A stretch of 33,809 nucleotides of DNA from Nitrososphaeraceae archaeon (GCA_035297365.1 DATGZA010000048.1:1-33809); one strand, 5' to 3'. Positions 8,959 to 18,368 are shown, counted from the first letter of the stretch. The notes: generated from the sequence alone by a model not told the origin. Translations and numbers: made by a program.

Positions 8959-11900
8959 ATGGACCGTATAGAGAACTATAAACACACACAAACTTCTAAC
9001 CAATTGAATAACATTGATAAAAAAAATCTCGAACCTTACATTGGTCCTCGTCCATTTTATAGGGATCCAGAGGATCAAAAAAGATTTTTTGGTAGAGATT
9101 ATGAAACTGAGGAAATTGTATCTCTAATTTCTAGCCATAAACTTGTTTTGATATATGCCCAATCTGGAGCTGGAAAGACGTCTATATTTAATGCACAAAT
9201 AATTCCCACTTTAGAACAAGATGGATTTGAGGTCTTACCTGTTATCAGATTAAAATCATCAAATATTATTACTAATTTGGACACGAATGATGTTAAAAAT
9301 ATATGCATTTTTAATAGCTTACAGAGCCTAAGGCCAGATCTTGATCCAAATATACTGAAGGATAAATCACTGACAGAATTCTTACAAGAATATTTTCCAA
9401 TAAAGAAAGATAAAAACGATAGGGAAATGCAACAAATATTAATATATGATCAATTGGAAGAAATCTTTGACATCCTTCCAAGAAATTGGAAAGAACAAAG
9501 AAAGGAGTTCTTTAAGGAAATTGTTCAGGTATTGAATGATATTACTCCGCTTCAAATAGTCTTTATCATTAGAGAGGACTATTTGGCACAATTAGATCCC
9601 TATAGTAATATCCTCCCTGAAAAATTAAGACCTCGTTTTAGACTTGAACGATTACGAGCGGATTCGGCTTTGTTAGCAATAAAAGGTCCACTAAAAAATG
9701 TTCCGAAAGATGTTATTCAAAATTATGAAGGAGACATAGATAAAGATATAAATGAGATAGTTCACGAATTGATGAAAATTCAAATAGAATATTTGCCTGG
9801 GAAAACACAACAAATAGAAGGAGAATTTATAGAACCAATTCAGCTTCAAGTCGTTCTCAAAAGATGGTGGGAAAAAATAACTAATCCTAATAGTAAAATC
9901 GTTAAACAAAATTTAATTTATGTTTCTGATGTAGATACTGCTTTGGAAGAATTCTATGAAGATGCTATAAATGATGTCATTAACAAAGACAAGATAAAAG
10001 AAAGCGAAATTAGAAAATGGTGTGAAGAAAATTTAATTACACAAGCAGGTACTAGAGGTATTGTTCATAAAGGTTTGGATTCAACAGCAGGCCTTAGAAA
10101 TGATTTAATTGATATTTTACAAAAGAAATATTTTATCAAGGAAAATCGTCGAGCAGGTGGGAGATGGTGTGAGTTAACTCATGATAGATTAATCAAACCA
10201 ATAATAACATCCAATCAAAAATGGAGAAAAGAACAGCAAAAAAGAAACAAATTAAACTTTGTAAAAATTTCAATACCTGTGGTAATTTCCATTATTGTGA
10301 TATTTGTAATTTTCGAGAATCTGTATCTAATACCAGTAGTTGAATCATTTTCTGCAGGCTATTTACCCTACATTCTGTCAGTTGATCAAAGTTCAGGATT
10401 AGTATATGTAACCAATCCTACATCGGACACGATCTCAGTTATAAATGGGAAAAAAAATGAACTTGTTAGGACTATAAACGTCACAGATAATCCGCTTGAT
10501 ATAGCTGTGAATTCACAAAATAATATAGTCTATGTTTCTATTCCAAAGAACCAAAGTATATCAGTGATACAGAGAGATAATTTAATGAACGTTTTAAATC
10601 CGTTCATCAAAAAGATACCAATAATTCAAGGAATTTTTGACTACAATATAACTAGCATACCCTTAAATTATTCACCTCTTTCGTTGGGACTCGACTCTGT
10701 TAATTCCAAATTATATGTAAGCTCCCAGAATCTGGTGTCTGTAATTGATACACATACTAATAAAATCAATAAAACTATAAAAATAGGATATACTCCATAC
10801 GAGGTCTCCGTTGATACGCAATCAAATAAAGTATATGTTGCTAATTATAAAGGTGATACTGTATCTGTTATAGATGGAACTAATTACAAGATATTACAAA
10901 ATATTACTGTGGGAAAAAATCCAAGTAGTATAGTATTTAATCCTAATGATAATAAAGTATATGTTGCTAATAGTGGAGATGATACTGTATCTGTTATAGA
11001 TGGAACTAATTACAAGATATTAAAAACAATTACTGTGGGAAAAAATCCAAGTAGCATGATATTTAATCCTAATGATAATAAAGTATATGTTGTTAATAAA
11101 GGAGATAACACAGTATCTGTTATAGATGAAAGAAATAATAATGATATAGCAGTAGCTATTTTCGAAGTTGGAAATAATCCTACGAGTATCAATATCAATG
11201 AAGATCAAAATATACTTTACATAGTTAACAATTTGGACAATAAACTAACAGCAATAGCTATGGGTAACAATTTAATGAAAAATATCATCAGTTTCTTTAA
11301 TATGGGTAACCAACCATCAGAATTTGTTATAAATAAAATTCCTGTTGGTATTCACCCATCAGGAATAGCTACAGATGCTGAAACCACAATGATATATGTG
11401 GCTAATACTGATTCCGATACTGTATCTGTTATAGATGGAACAAAAAATGAAATAAAAGAACAATTTAATGTAGGAGAAAAACCCCGAGACATAGATAGTA
11501 TAAATGATACGATATATGTAACCAATTCTCTTTCTAATACGGTATCAGTTATAGACAGAGAAAAAGGATCTATAAAGGATATTACCACTGAAGGTAAATA
11601 TCCTACGGGTTTGGCAGTTAATGAAAAAACTAATTTAGTATATGTTGCTAATACTGACTCAGATAATGTATCAGTAATAAATGGTACAACAGAGAAAGTT
11701 CAATCCACAATTCAAGTTGGAAATGCTCCAACCAGTATAGCATTTGATAAAAGTAATAATTTGATATATGTAACTAATTATGAAAATGATAACGTATCAG
11801 TAATAAATGGTACAACAGAGAAAGTTCAATCAACAATTCAAGTTGGAAATGGTCCAACCAGTATAGCATTTGATTCTGAAAAGAATTTAGTATACGTAGC

Positions 11901-12261
11901 TAATTATCTTGATGATACTATATCCGTAATAAATGCTACTGATAAGGTGAATTATGGAAATATAAATATTAGTAGAGATTTTCCAGGGAATGGTCCCACA
12001 GCAATAGCCGTTGATTCAAAAAATAATAAAATTTACGTATTAAATGTGTTCAGTGACAATATATCAGTTATAGATACCCGCATCATAACGGATTCATTAC
12101 AAGATAGTAAAACTATTAATGACAATCAGAAATATGTAATGTATGTTATTCCTGCAGGAGATTCTCCAAGTGATATATCGATTAGTTCTGAAAAATTATA
12201 TGTATCCAATCGAGGTAATAATATAGCAGACATATTGAATGTTCCAGTTTCTAATAGGTAA
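8959..12261 (+). CDS. nSTAND1-type STAND NTPase with a single TM helix and a double YVTN beta-propeller
   Basis: PYIGPRPF..FFGRD, Walker A AQSGAGKTS, Walker B ILIYDQLEE, IIREDYL, ELTHDRL; TM ISIPVVISIIVIFVIF (10267-10314); 14 YVTN-type blades. Starts 14 bp after the TIR-SIR2 stop. Confidence 0.9.
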   Translation: MDRIENYKHTQTSNQLNNIDKKNLEPYIGPRPFYRDPEDQKRFFGRDYETEEIVSLISSHKLVLIYAQSGAGKTSIFNAQIIPTLEQDGFEVLPVIRLKSSNIITNLDTNDVKNICIFNSLQSLRPDLDPNILKDKSLTEFLQEYFPIKKDKNDREMQQILIYDQLEEIFDILPRNWKEQRKEFFKEIVQVLNDITPLQIVFIIREDYLAQLDPYSNILPEKLRPRFRLERLRADSALLAIKGPLKNVPKDVIQNYEGDIDKDINEIVHELMKIQIEYLPGKTQQIEGEFIEPIQLQVVLKRWWEKITNPNSKIVKQNLIYVSDVDTALEEFYEDAINDVINKDKIKESEIRKWCEENLITQAGTRGIVHKGLDSTAGLRNDLIDILQKKYFIKENRRAGGRWCELTHDRLIKPIITSNQKWRKEQQKRNKLNFVKISIPVVISIIVIFVIFENLYLIPVVESFSAGYLPYILSVDQSSGLVYVTNPTSDTISVINGKKNELVRTINVTDNPLDIAVNSQNNIVYVSIPKNQSISVIQRDNLMNVLNPFIKKIPIIQGIFDYNITSIPLNYSPLSLGLDSVNSKLYVSSQNLVSVIDTHTNKINKTIKIGYTPYEVSVDTQSNKVYVANYKGDTVSVIDGTNYKILQNITVGKNPSSIVFNPNDNKVYVANSGDDTVSVIDGTNYKILKTITVGKNPSSMIFNPNDNKVYVVNKGDNTVSVIDERNNNDIAVAIFEVGNNPTSININEDQNILYIVNNLDNKLTAIAMGNNLMKNIISFFNMGNQPSEFVINKIPVGIHPSGIATDAETTMIYVANTDSDTVSVIDGTKNEIKEQFNVGEKPRDIDSINDTIYVTNSLSNTVSVIDREKGSIKDITTEGKYPTGLAVNEKTNLVYVANTDSDNVSVINGTTEKVQSTIQVGNAPTSIAFDKSNNLIYVTNYENDNVSVINGTTEKVQSTIQVGNGPTSIAFDSEKNLVYVANYLDDTISVINATDKVNYGNINISRDFPGNGPTAIAVDSKNNKIYVLNVFSDNISVIDTRIITDSLQDSKTINDNQKYVMYVIPAGDSPSDISISSEKLYVSNRGNNIADILNVPVSNR
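10825..11128 (+). repeat. Tandem 126-bp blade repeats (two full, one partial)
   Basis: Units start at 10825, 10951 and 11077; the first two match at 115/126 nt by manual count. Confidence 0.9.
11662..11874 (+). repeat. Second blade duplication, 126-bp period
   Basis: 11662-11748 and 11788-11874 match at 84/87 nt by manual count. Confidence 0.9.
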
Positions 12262-12336
12262 TAACTTTACTATTATAAAAAATGAACTCTAATGTCATGG
12301 AAATAGTTTAATAATATAGATTTCCAGATAAGTATT

Positions 12337-13290
12337 GTGCAATTTATCATAGTGTTAATTATCATTTTCCTATCCTTTGTAATATCATTCGAATCTAGCT
12401 TCATATACGAATCATATGGTGAAAAAGATTTAGTAATAGATGAAAAAGTACATATTACAATATCTAAAGATAATGAAACTCTAATTGTTCCCGCGAAAAT
12501 AGGAATTGATCCAAAGTTATGGAAAGACCATTCATTAGACTATTATAGTTTTGATCCTAATGGTAATCATAATACTTCTCCTTTAAACACAAAAAATTAT
12601 AATGGAACTATTTACATGGAATCAATTTACGATAGAGAGTTTACTTTACAAAATTTTTTAGATGTGTGGGGCTTTGACAAAACTAAAATAAAAAATATTT
12701 TTTGTAGTGAAAAACAATTATGCGATCTTGACTTAACTTTAACTGATGGTCAAAATTTAACATTAGAGCTCAAAAGTGATAAAACTCCAGATAATTTTAC
12801 GAAATATATACATCCAAAAATAACTTTTGAATATCCTTCTCAATGGAAAATAACTAATTCAATATTAGGGAATGAAACATTCTATGATGACTTGATTAAA
12901 GTATTCCCAAAGGAAGCAGAATATATGACTACTCCTTTCTTTTCTATACAAATCAAAAAATTAGATTCGAATATGACTACGTTAGACGAATATTATATGA
13001 ATAATTTACCTGATTTATTACAGGCAGATGAAAATACTTTTCCTCACTTTATACATTATAATAAAACTGAAATCGATGGTAATCTAGCATACCTTATATT
13101 ATTAGATACTACTTTAGTTGCAGAACCTGGTTCATCTGAAAAAGGCAATGAGATTACACAAAAAGAATCTCATATTTGGACCATAAAAGGTGGTTATTTT
13201 TATGATATATCATATAAGGCTTTGAATGGACTTTACAATGACTACTGGTCTATGCAAAAAAAAATCATTAATTCAATAAGAATCCAATAA
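12337..13290 (+). CDS. Exported or membrane-anchored protein with a C-terminal PsbP/Mog1-like domain
   Basis: GTG start; hydrophobic N-terminus; N-domain VPAKIGI..SPLNT..GTIYMES..FTLQNFLDVWG; C-domain FEYPSQWK..TEIDGNLAY..IWTIKGGYFYDISY..KIINSIRI. Confidence 0.75.
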   Translation: MQFIIVLIIIFLSFVISFESSFIYESYGEKDLVIDEKVHITISKDNETLIVPAKIGIDPKLWKDHSLDYYSFDPNGNHNTSPLNTKNYNGTIYMESIYDREFTLQNFLDVWGFDKTKIKNIFCSEKQLCDLDLTLTDGQNLTLELKSDKTPDNFTKYIHPKITFEYPSQWKITNSILGNETFYDDLIKVFPKEAEYMTTPFFSIQIKKLDSNMTTLDEYYMNNLPDLLQADENTFPHFIHYNKTEIDGNLAYLILLDTTLVAEPGSSEKGNEITQKESHIWTIKGGYFYDISYKALNGLYNDYWSMQKKIINSIRIQ

Positions 13291-13481
13291 CAAATATGAT
13301 TATACATGCTACAAGATATATTCCTTTGAATCTATTGCAAGGTCAAAATGGTAATTGATTTGTTTGCCTCAATACCAAATGCTTCAGTTGTGGATGATAG
13401 AGATTCTTTATTTGATGTAAATTTTGTTCTGTGATATTCTTCATCTATTAGAAACAATTTTCTATTAATATCAATGATAAA

Positions 13482-13506
13482 AAATTCTTTCGGAGCCGAA
13501 AAATTT
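13482..13506. repeat. Imperfect palindrome, copy 2 of the TTTTTCGGCGCCGAAAAA motif
   Basis: aaattctttcggagccgaaaaattt. Confidence 0.75.
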
Positions 13507-13581
13507 GACATATTACGCACTCTGGTTTTAGTATATTATTATGAAATCTCTTTTTTAACATTATCTCACTATTTATAATAT

Positions 13582-13731
13582 TTACATATGATCCTCTATT
13601 GACAGACCTATATAATTTAAGCATTTATCATATTCTGATTCCAAAAGTTCGTTTTTGAATGCTTCGGTTTCCTTTTTGAGATCGAGATGACACATACCAG
13701 ATGGTACTGATGAAACCAATAATAATGACAT
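13582..13731 (-). pseudogene. Truncated CHAT-like N-terminal fragment (49 aa)
   Basis: MSLLLVSSVPSGMCHLDLKKETEAFKNEL aligns ungapped to ITILFLSANPAATDPLELIKECNIINEKL of the neighbouring CHAT protein (8/29 identical). The ORF stops before any catalytic residue. Confidence 0.45.
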
Positions 13732-13935
13732 TTTTATTAATATTGAATATCAAGCGGTTAATGTTTTTTAAATAAAAAAACAAACACCATGTTTAAGAAA
13801 AAAGGTTTAATTGTGAACGATATATATTGTAACTAGTTCTACAAGTTAACGAAAATTTTATAGTTCATTATGAAAACTATCTATGGTAGTATTTGGTGTA
13901 TTTTTAAAATAATCCTTTAATCATTAAAAATCTAA

Positions 13936-14883
13936 TTATCTGCAGATCTCATCTAATTTTTCAATTATATCCCTGGCAACCACTACGGATTGATTTTCAA
14001 CAATTCTTGCCTTATCGTCATTACCTATTGACGTTAAGTTATTATATTCCCTAACTTTCCCTGATAAATTGATCAATAATAAATTCAAATCATTACTTTT
14101 AACTTCTCCAATTTTCTTCTTATTAATAGGATCTGAAAGAAAATGAAAAATAGGATCTGCGATTGTTTCAAATAATTCTCTAATAGTCATTTTCTGCATT
14201 AAAAGCTTTTGATGATTCTGTTTGAGTCCATCTACTAGGCTACATATATTAGGAGATTCATTTATTTTATCATCCCCAGATGGTTTATCACCACGAGGTA
14301 TGACTATTTTAGATGGATCCATACCATCCTTAACTTTCAGGTCCGGTGTCTTACTTTCTGGTATACCCAATAACTCTAATTGTACTTTTGCAAGTTCAAA
14401 TGCCTCTTTTACACTTTTTCCAAATCCAAGGGAAGAATAAAACGTCGATGCAAACTCTATTGCTGCCTTATCTGAGACAGCATTTGACATTCCGATAACA
14501 CAGTTAACATGTTTAGATATTGCTTTTGCTTGTTTTTCTGAATAACAAGCATTCAAGAAAACTAGATCTATTTTATGTCCTAAAATTTTGAACACATTTG
14601 ATAATGCAGAAGGTGGAACCTCTTCGATTTGACCAGTATTCTCGTTCTTAAATATCAATGAACTATTTGGACTACCATGTCCTGAAAAATGTAATATTTG
14701 AGGATCATAGTTAAGTAATTCTTCAATTAACCACTTGATAGAGATATCGTGTCTTTGTTCTAACTTGAAATCTGCTTTATTTGTGGCAGATCTCAGTTTT
14801 TCATTTATTATGTTACATTCCTTTATTAGCTCTAAAGGATCGGTCGCGGCAGGATTTGCAGAAAGAAATAAAATTGTTATCAT
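13936..14883 (-). CDS. CHAT (caspase HetF-associated) protease with a C-terminal helical adaptor-like domain
   Basis: ILFLSANP, ILHFSGHG (His), VFLNACYS (Cys), VIGMS..AIEFASTFYSSL. ATG at 14883 preferred over the TTG at 14928. Confidence 0.9.
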   Translation of the reverse strand: MITILFLSANPAATDPLELIKECNIINEKLRSATNKADFKLEQRHDISIKWLIEELLNYDPQILHFSGHGSPNSSLIFKNENTGQIEEVPPSALSNVFKILGHKIDLVFLNACYSEKQAKAISKHVNCVIGMSNAVSDKAAIEFASTFYSSLGFGKSVKEAFELAKVQLELLGIPESKTPDLKVKDGMDPSKIVIPRGDKPSGDDKINESPNICSLVDGLKQNHQKLLMQKMTIRELFETIADPIFHFLSDPINKKKIGEVKSNDLNLLLINLSGKVREYNNLTSIGNDDKARIVENQSVVVARDIIEKLDEICR

Positions 14884-15153
14884 AGCAAGTCTCTGCGCTA
14901 GATCTATAAAACCATTTCCTTTTAACAAACTTAAATCTGATGCAATTAAGCAAGATTGATAGTAGTTCTAAATTAAGTGATAGTGAAATGATATGTTTGA
15001 ATGTGAAATACTAAACCAGTGTTGATTACACTTTATTAAGTATCACATATTAAATTATTTATTATTTTATCATAACTGGAAATATTGTTCGTGTATGATT
15101 ATTTATTTATAAAAAGATTTAAAAGACTTACGAACAAGTATCTTTTAATATTT

Positions 15154-17058
15154 TTGTCAACAGATGAAAAATATATAGACATATTTTTAAAGAAAAAACA
15201 GGAATTAAAAGAACTAAACCAAAAATACATTATGGGACTAATTTCAATTGATGAATTCCATAATAAAATCAGCAATTTTCTGATTGATTTTACTGTTAAT
15301 ACAATAAATAAAGAATTTTTTGGCTACTTAAATATCGAATCCCTTAGCAGACAATTAGCAAATATCGCTACACTCTCATCTAATTTAAAAAAGTATAGAG
15401 AATTAACAGATGAAGAGAAGGAAGGACAGATAACAAAAGAACTTTCATTATCGAATTTTCGGATATTAGAAAGGCTTGAAAAATGTAGTGAATATTATAA
15501 ATCAGAGTTTCAGACTTCAGAGCAATCTACTTTAATAACCGAAATCAACACTATTCGGACACAAGCCGTAACTTCTGGTCCATCAGATAAACGCGATTTT
15601 GTACAAGAAAGTATTGGTATAAAAAAAGATAAAACCAGCGATCAAAAATCCACGTTAAATAAACTTTGTTTTGTGGATATGCCTTTTGGTAATAAAAAAG
15701 ATCCTTATACAGGAATCAAAGTAAATTTTGACCAAATATATGAAACTGCTATAAAACCGGCAATAACTGGTGCAAATCTAGAACCGTTGCGAGGAGATGA
15801 AGAAAATAGAGGCGGAATAATTCACCAAGCGATGTTTGCTAGACTTTTGCTATCTGAATATGTTATAGCTGACCTGACCACTGCAAATTCCAATGTATAC
15901 TATGAATTAGGCATTAGACATGCTGCTCGTCCATTTACAACTATCCTATTACATGGAAATTTACATCCTCTTCCATTTGATATTGCCCCAAATAGAACAA
16001 TTATGTATAACATTGAAAAGGATGGAACCATAAGTGAAAAATCCTGCCTTGATTTGAAAGAAGAAATTCTGGCTAGATTGGAGACAATCATTAGAGATGG
16101 AGCAAGATCAGATAGTCCTTTGTTTGAATTGATCAAGAATTACAAAAAAATAGACCTACCTCATGAATTGACAGATACCTTTCAAGATAGAATAAGATTA
16201 GAAAAAAATTTTAATGACCAATTGGAAAGGGCTAAATTACATAAAAATGACAGCGAAAAGGTAAAATCCTTACAGGAAATTAGATCCAGTCTTGGAAATA
16301 TTAAGGATAAAAATGATAACATACTTACAAGTCTCCTGCTTGCGTTTAGATCTGTTAGTGCATGGGAAGACATGATTCAATTATGTGAATCCTTTTCATA
16401 TGATTTAAGAAATTCATACATGATACAACAGCAAGAAGCATTTGCCTTAAACAGAAGAAATAGTGCTAACGACAGGGAAACAGCTATAAAAATTCTTGAG
16501 GAGCTAAGACAGATTTACGGTGACGATCCCGAAACTATGGGTCTACTCGGTAGAATATACAAGGATATGTTCAAAGACGCTAGGAAGAACAACGACCAAT
16601 TTAGTTCACTAGGATTTCTCGAGAAGGCCATAGATACATATACGAGGGGTTTTTACTCGGATCCACGTGACTATTACCCAGGAATAAATGCCGTCACACT
16701 TTTAATCGAAAAAGGTGGCAAGCAATCATATGATAAATCAAAAGAATTGATTACATCAATAAATCTTGCATTAGCTAGGAGAGGAGGACTTGATTCACAT
16801 AATTATTGGGATCTTGCAACAATTCTTGAAATAGCATGTATTGAAAACGATTCGGAGTTGATAGATAGGGTGTTGCCCAAAATTTCTATTTCAGCTAAGG
16901 AGACTTTCATGCCAGAAACAACACGAGACAATATAAAGATGCTAAGATATTCGTTACCTGGACTTTATGAAAAGGAAAAACAGGAATCATTGACTTCTAA
17001 CCTTGACAGGGTAATATCCTTTTTGGATTTTTATCACAAGAAATTGAAGAGCGGATGA
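15154..17058 (+). CDS. Helical N-domain + DRHyd (nucleoside deoxyribosyltransferase-like) + DUF4071/MAP3K TRAFs-binding TPR protein
   Basis: CFVDMPFG..FDQIYETAIKPAI..RGDEE..GIIHQAMFARL..VIADLTTANSNVYYELGIRHA; then AFALNRR, ETMGLLGRIYKD, YYPGINAVTL, YWDLAT. The ORF is open from 15085; TTG 15154 is my preferred start but is uncertain. Confidence 0.88.
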   Translation: MSTDEKYIDIFLKKKQELKELNQKYIMGLISIDEFHNKISNFLIDFTVNTINKEFFGYLNIESLSRQLANIATLSSNLKKYRELTDEEKEGQITKELSLSNFRILERLEKCSEYYKSEFQTSEQSTLITEINTIRTQAVTSGPSDKRDFVQESIGIKKDKTSDQKSTLNKLCFVDMPFGNKKDPYTGIKVNFDQIYETAIKPAITGANLEPLRGDEENRGGIIHQAMFARLLLSEYVIADLTTANSNVYYELGIRHAARPFTTILLHGNLHPLPFDIAPNRTIMYNIEKDGTISEKSCLDLKEEILARLETIIRDGARSDSPLFELIKNYKKIDLPHELTDTFQDRIRLEKNFNDQLERAKLHKNDSEKVKSLQEIRSSLGNIKDKNDNILTSLLLAFRSVSAWEDMIQLCESFSYDLRNSYMIQQQEAFALNRRNSANDRETAIKILEELRQIYGDDPETMGLLGRIYKDMFKDARKNNDQFSSLGFLEKAIDTYTRGFYSDPRDYYPGINAVTLLIEKGGKQSYDKSKELITSINLALARRGGLDSHNYWDLATILEIACIENDSELIDRVLPKISISAKETFMPETTRDNIKMLRYSLPGLYEKEKQESLTSNLDRVISFLDFYHKKLKSG

Positions 17059-17211
17059 AGTAAAAAAGATTTTTACATTTATTTAACATAACATGATTTT
17101 CACTTTTATTATTATTTTGGAACCGTTGGTCAGGTATATATTTTTCATTTTTGGTATAACTATTATAAACCAGATCAAAAAAGATAAATACTATATTTTG
17201 ATAATTTTTTT

Positions 17212-17916
17212 ATGTCTAATGTTAATTGTGATTTCGATGGTGATGGACGTGCTGAGATTTTGGTCACAAGTCCCTGGGGAATAGGAATCCTCAAACTTTC
17301 TGGCAGTACACTAACTGCTCCTATGATGGCACCCAATGGAACAAGGTTTGGTGGTTGGTTGTTAAACACTGCCGATAACTATTTCACCATAGGTGAAGAG
17401 TGTATTAGACTGCATGTAAAAATCCTTACAAATCCAAGTATTAGTATTGAAAACATGATTGTATCCATGCAACTTGCGTATGAATCTGTTGGAATACGTG
17501 TTCATAGAGTAAGTACAGAAAATCTGAATCTACCAAATTTAAACGATGTAGATGTCGGGAATTGTACTCTCGGTTCAGTTACTCAAGAACAAATTGACCT
17601 ATTTGCTAATCGAAATAATGCTGGACCGAATGATGTGGTTGTTTATTTTGTAAGGTCTACAGTACCACCGTTCAACGGTTGTGCTTCTCATCCGGCCGGT
17701 AGACCCGGTGCAGTTGTAGCTAGAGGTGCAACCATTTGGACATTGGCACATGAGGTAGGACACACATTGGGCCTTTTCCATATCAATGATAACAATCGAT
17801 TAATGACTGGAAATGGCACATCCAATATAACTAATCCTCCTCCTGACCTAATTTCACAGGAAGTATTAACTATGAGGAAAAGTAATTTATCTCATAAAAG
17901 CGGAGAGGGATTATAA
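17212..17916 (+). CDS. Metzincin zinc metalloprotease with an N-terminal FG-GAP-like repeat unit
   Basis: DFDGDGRAEILV Ca-binding-type motif; HEVGHTLGLFH followed by the Met-turn RLM; no signal peptide. Confidence 0.85.
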   Translation: MSNVNCDFDGDGRAEILVTSPWGIGILKLSGSTLTAPMMAPNGTRFGGWLLNTADNYFTIGEECIRLHVKILTNPSISIENMIVSMQLAYESVGIRVHRVSTENLNLPNLNDVDVGNCTLGSVTQEQIDLFANRNNAGPNDVVVYFVRSTVPPFNGCASHPAGRPGAVVARGATIWTLAHEVGHTLGLFHINDNNRLMTGNGTSNITNPPPDLISQEVLTMRKSNLSHKSGEGL

Positions 17917-18368
17917 TGTCAGTAACCATGAATGATGTATTAGCATATCTGGAACCAGATGAACCTAGTTATGCACAAGCTGCGAAGCTTGGTCCAGATG
18001 CGCTGCCCTATCTTAAAGAGATTATCGATAAACCAGATGTAATGCTAGCTTCAAAAGCTGCATATCTAGTCAGCTTAATTAAAAGTGATAAATCTATTTC
18101 TATTTTAGAGCACGCAGCACGCAATAAAGAACCAATAGTAAGAATCGCAGTTGCGTCAGGAATTCGTAATATTTCAGAAAGAGATGCAAACATCTTGCTA
18201 GACGAGTTTATAGAAGATAAAGATGTTGGAGTGCGTAAAGTAACGCTTAAATCAGTTGCAAAATTCAAGTCTGATTTAATAGCATCAAAAGTCCAAAAGT
18301 TACAAGAAAGCGATCCAGAACCCTATATTCGTGAATTGGCTTCTAATGTAATAGAGAAAATGAAATAA
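17916..18368 (+). CDS. HEAT-repeat protein
   Basis: LGPDALPYL, EPIVRIAVA, DKDVGVRKVTL, DPEPYIRELA; TAATG overlap with the upstream protease. Confidence 0.85.
   Translation: MSVTMNDVLAYLEPDEPSYAQAAKLGPDALPYLKEIIDKPDVMLASKAAYLVSLIKSDKSISILEHAARNKEPIVRIAVASGIRNISERDANILLDEFIEDKDVGVRKVTLKSVAKFKSDLIASKVQKLQESDPEPYIRELASNVIEKMK

Noticed and set aside
10825-11128. Tandem repeats considered as a CRISPR array or DGR template/variable repeat
   Set aside because: They are in-frame 126-bp coding blades with no spacers, the differences are not confined to adenines of one copy, and no cas or reverse transcriptase gene is in the window.
13332-13520. 62-aa minus-strand ORF
   Set aside because: No motif, GTG start and it overlaps the palindrome; could be decayed sequence but cannot be supported as a gene.
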